From NCBI GenBank assembly GCA_965277745.1, contig OZ255837.1:1529357-1561356 (forward strand): a DNA stretch of 32,000 nt, read 5' to 3'. Position 1 is the first letter of the stretch. Each line of letters starts with the position of its first letter. Below, piece after piece: positions 29,433 to 32,000 of the stretch. The translations under genes and the position numbers were made by a program. The notes beneath the pieces were generated by a model. That model saw only the letters and a program-made list of their open reading frames with translations, made no database searches and was not told the DNA's origin. This DNA is from Cardiobacteriaceae bacterium (GTDB lineage Bacteria > Pseudomonadota > Gammaproteobacteria > Cardiobacteriales > Cardiobacteriaceae).

Positions 29433-29802
29433 CGAACCGGAAGCATTGCGAGGAAAAATAAGCGAACTGCTGGGAAGTGTCGAATTGATCGTGACCACCG
29501 GCGGCACCGGACTCGCCCCGCGCGACAAAACCCCGCAAACGCTCGCCGCGATGGCCGATGTCGAAATTCCCGGCATCGGCGAATTGCTACGCAGCAGCGC
29601 GGCGGCGCACGTGCCGACCACCTGGATCAGCCGTTCTCTTGCGGTACTTGTCGGCAAAACGCTCGTCATTGCCCTGCCCGGCAGCATCGGCGCTGTCAAG
29701 GACGGAATCGCGGTGTTGCGCCCGATACTTTCCCATGCCCTTGATCATGTTAAGGACAAAAAGGACATTCATGCCCGTCCCGCGGCGCAGATCGACACAT
29801 GA
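29404..29802 (+). CDS. moaB: MoaB/Mog-type molybdopterin adenylyltransferase domain, C-terminal ~130 aa (downstream part of the frameshifted fusion)
   Basis: VVTAKALLPDEPEAL...ELIVTTGGTGLAPRDKTPQ...IPGIGELLR...VIALPGSIGAVKDG. It continues the domain begun in the previous ORF but in frame 1. No independent Shine-Dalgarno or ATG (the tracked start is a GTG inside the G tract). Confidence 0.8.
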   Translation: MVTAKALLPDEPEALRGKISELLGSVELIVTTGGTGLAPRDKTPQTLAAMADVEIPGIGELLRSSAAAHVPTTWISRSLAVLVGKTLVIALPGSIGAVKDGIAVLRPILSHALDHVKDKKDIHARPAAQIDT

Positions 29803-31079
29803 TCCTTTATGACGAAGCCCTTGCTCTCCTTGCCGAGGCGCAACCGTTGGCAACAAAAGTATTACCGCTCGCCAACGCCTGCGGACATGTCCTCGCCGAA
29901 GCGGTGACAAGCCCCGTTCAGGTACCGTCTTTCGCCAATTCGGCGATGGACGGATTTGCCGTTCGCGCGGGCGATCTCGACGCTGCCTGTGCGGCTTCTC
30001 CCGTTACCCTGTCCGTTGCGGGAGGTAGTGTCGCCGGGGACGAACCGTCTTGCGGCCATGGTGGCGCCTGGGAAATCATGACCGGCGCGCCTTTGCCGCA
30101 AGGTTATGACGCGGTGGTCAGAAAGGAAGAGGTGATGGTGGAGGATCGCCATGTCGGATTTTCCGCCCCCGTCGCGCAAGGGCGCAATATTCGCTACGCA
30201 GGGGAGGATTTTCGCGCGGGCGAGGTGATCGCCGCGCCGGGAACGCCGCTTGATCCATATCATGTCATGGCGCTCGCCGCGGTCGGGATCGCTCGGGTGG
30301 CCGTTCATCAACGCCCGGCGATCACCGTATTCAGCACCGGCCGCGAGTTGAGCGACGATCCGCGCTCACCGTTGCGCCGCGGACAGATCCACAACGCCAA
30401 TGGCCCCTATCTGATGGCGGCATTGCGCGAGTTGTCTTATCGACCGCGTTATGGCGGCACCATCACCGACAATCCCGAGCGCTTCGCGGCAAAGCTCGAG
30501 GAGGCGTTACCGCAGGCCGATGTGCTTCTCTCGACCGGCGCCGTCTCCGCCGGAAAGCACGATTTCATCCCCGATTGCCTGCGTGCGCTGGGCGCGCAGA
30601 TCGTCTTTCACAAACTCGCCATCCGTCCCGGCAAGCCGATCTTGTATGCCCGTTTCCCCGATGGACGTCATTATTTCGGCCTGCCGGGTAATCCGATATC
30701 GGTTGCGGTCGGCTTGCGTTTTTTCGTTTTTCCGTTACTGCGACGCTTGCAGGCGATCAGCGCAGCGGAGCGACCGATAAGCGCCCGCCTGCATGCCCCC
30801 GCGGCGAAAAAAGCGGGGCTGCGCTTTTTCGCCAAGGCGCAACTTGCGATGACCAGCGACGGAAGTGTTCGGTTGCAAGTGCTCGATGGACAGGAATCCT
30901 TCAAAATTCATCCCATGCTGCGAGCGAACGGCTGGGCGGTCTTCACGGAAGAACAAAGCGTCGCGCAAGCGGGAGAAATCGTCAGCGTCTATCCCTTGTG
31001 GCCGGGGAAATGGCCTTTTACCACCCATGGTGACGGCGCTTGGCGACAAGGCGCGGGCAGGGAAGGGAAAACGTCATGA
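29799..31079 (+). CDS. moeA: Molybdopterin molybdenumtransferase
   Basis: PSFANSAMDGFAVRA, EIMTGAPLP.GYDAVV, VLLSTGAVSAGKHDF, FHKLAIRPGKP, GLPGNPISV. ATGA overlaps on both sides. Confidence 0.93.
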   Translation: MILYDEALALLAEAQPLATKVLPLANACGHVLAEAVTSPVQVPSFANSAMDGFAVRAGDLDAACAASPVTLSVAGGSVAGDEPSCGHGGAWEIMTGAPLPQGYDAVVRKEEVMVEDRHVGFSAPVAQGRNIRYAGEDFRAGEVIAAPGTPLDPYHVMALAAVGIARVAVHQRPAITVFSTGRELSDDPRSPLRRGQIHNANGPYLMAALRELSYRPRYGGTITDNPERFAAKLEEALPQADVLLSTGAVSAGKHDFIPDCLRALGAQIVFHKLAIRPGKPILYARFPDGRHYFGLPGNPISVAVGLRFFVFPLLRRLQAISAAERPISARLHAPAAKKAGLRFFAKAQLAMTSDGSVRLQVLDGQESFKIHPMLRANGWAVFTEEQSVAQAGEIVSVYPLWPGKWPFTTHGDGAWRQGAGREGKTS

Positions 31080-31330
31080 ACATCACCATACGCTGTTTCG
31101 GCGTCTTCAGGCAGTTTGGCGAACAGATCGCCCTTTCCGTGTCACAGGACGCGCGGCTCGCCGATCTGCACCGCGCGCTGGGGGAGGCAATCGGGCGAAT
31201 CGACCCCGCTTTCAATACCGAACTGATCGAGAATTCGCGTTTCGCGCACGCGAGCGAGATACTCGAGGAAACCGCTGCCATCGAGGAAGCAATGGACATC
31301 GTGATTCTTCCGCCGGTATCGGGCGGCTGA
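31076..31330 (+). CDS. moaD: Molybdopterin synthase sulfur-carrier subunit
   Basis: 84 aa ending ...DIVILPPVSGG (ubiquitin-like fold with a C-terminal Gly-Gly). The ATG overlaps the moeA stop. Confidence 0.88.
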   Translation: MNITIRCFGVFRQFGEQIALSVSQDARLADLHRALGEAIGRIDPAFNTELIENSRFAHASEILEETAAIEEAMDIVILPPVSGG

Positions 31331-31332
31331 TC

Positions 31333-31815
31333 GTGGCCGAAATATTCGTCGATATCGTCGATGTCGCGACACGTCCTGTCGATGTCATCGCCGCGGTGTC
31401 TTTTGTCGCCAAACCAGGAAACGGTGCCACAAGCCTCTTTGTCGGCACGGTGCGCGAGTTCAATCAGGGAAAAACGGTGCTTGGGGTGAGTTATGATGTC
31501 TTCACGCCGCTCGCCAAACGCGCTTTCGCCGCGATTTGCGCCGAAGCGCGGGACAAATGGGGCGAGGAATTGTCCTGCTATGTGGTTCACGGCAAAGGGC
31601 GTTTGCCGGTTGGCGGGGTGAGCGTCGTTATCGCCGTCGGCGCGGCCCATCGTGATGAAGCCTGCAAAGCCTGCCGCTACGTGATCGAGCAGATCAAGCA
31701 TCGCGCGCCGATCTGGAAGCTCGAACATTATCGCGATGGCGACAGTCGCTGGACCCAGGGCTGTCAATTGTGCACCCATGAGTACGAGGTCGGGGAAGAT
31801 CACCACCATGGTTGA
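31333..31815 (+). CDS. moaE: Molybdopterin synthase catalytic subunit
   Basis: GATSLFVGTVREFNQGKTVLGVSYDVF..., VVIAVGAAHRDEACKACRYVIEQIKHRAPIWKLEHY. A GTG start at 31333, 2 nt after the moaD stop, is the first in-frame start. Confidence 0.86.
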   Translation: MAEIFVDIVDVATRPVDVIAAVSFVAKPGNGATSLFVGTVREFNQGKTVLGVSYDVFTPLAKRAFAAICAEARDKWGEELSCYVVHGKGRLPVGGVSVVIAVGAAHRDEACKACRYVIEQIKHRAPIWKLEHYRDGDSRWTQGCQLCTHEYEVGEDHHHG

Positions 31816-32000
31816 TTGCGCCGCCGTTATTCTCGCCGGGGGGCGTCCTCGCGGATGGGAGAGGATAAATCGTCTCTGCGTTTGCGCGGGAAAACCCTGT
31901 TGCAGCACATGGAGAAGATACTTGCCAAGGCGGGGTGTACGACTGTCTATATCAGCGCTGCGACGCACATCGCCGACGAAATTCCTGGCTCGGGCCCGTT
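31808..32000 (+). CDS. mobA: Molybdenum cofactor guanylyltransferase MobA, 5' part (runs off the window); apparent -1 frameshift at a G6 tract
   Basis: ATG 31808 overlaps the moaE stop (ATGGTTGA) and encodes MVDCAAVILAGG in frame 2. The rest of the MobA signature (ASSRMGEDKSSLRLRGKTLLQHMEKIL...IADEIPGSGP) is in frame 1, starting at the last G of the tract 31838-31843. Confidence 0.75.
   Translation, partial: MVDCAAVILAGGRPRGWERINRLCVCAGKPCCSTWRRYLPRRGVRLSISALRRTSPTKFLARAR

Noticed and set aside
30250-30263. FNR-like box TTGAT-CCAT-ATCAT (9/10 match to TTGAT-N4-ATCAA)
   Set aside because: It lies in the middle of the moeA coding sequence with no promoter context. A single near-match is expected by chance in 32 kb.

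Overview
The window looks like a gammaproteobacterial chromosomal core (zipA-ligA, yggX, engB/cytochrome c4 and folC-dedD-cvpA synteny; roughly 58-60% GC by eye). About 40 genes are densely packed and often translationally coupled through ATGA/TGATG overlaps. nt 1-18350 is housekeeping: folC, dedD-like, cvpA, metZ, glnB, pyrB, dtd, rng, hpt, nagZ, yggX, tRNA-Phe, rpmB-rpmG, an ABC-2 transporter, sohB, a TauE/TSUP permease, engB, cytochrome c4, zipA and ligA. nt 18388-32000 is a nitrate-respiration and molybdenum-cofactor block: narK-narG-narH-narJ-narI on the minus strand, a divergent CRP/FNR-family regulator, then moaA, moaC-moaB, moeA, moaD, moaE and mobA on the plus strand. I found no CRISPR array, transposase or integrase, rRNA, or recognisable defence or toxin-antitoxin module, and I cannot point to a clearly novel multi-gene system. 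The features most worth follow-up all sit in the nar/Moco block. (1) A 9-G tract splits a MoaC-MoaB fusion ORF. (2) A 6-G tract frameshifts mobA inside its LAGG...RMG motif. (3) narK encodes its conserved N-terminus with no canonical start codon upstream, and it abuts or overlaps the divergent regulator. (4) That regulator carries a C-terminal four-Cys cluster and a CRP-like recognition helix. (5) A perfect TGTGA-N6-TCACA box sits at class-II distance from a -10-like hexamer upstream of a structured moaA leader, a possible Moco riboswitch. Elsewhere: PII (glnB) is tightly coupled behind an E. coli-type pyrB, where pyrI would normally sit. purF is missing from the cvpA-purF-metZ neighbourhood, and cvpA carries a repeat-bearing tail. 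A 406-nt gap between cytochrome c4 and zipA is filled exactly by an odd arginine-rich ORF. Everything here rests on manual translation and remembered family motifs; no database search was run.
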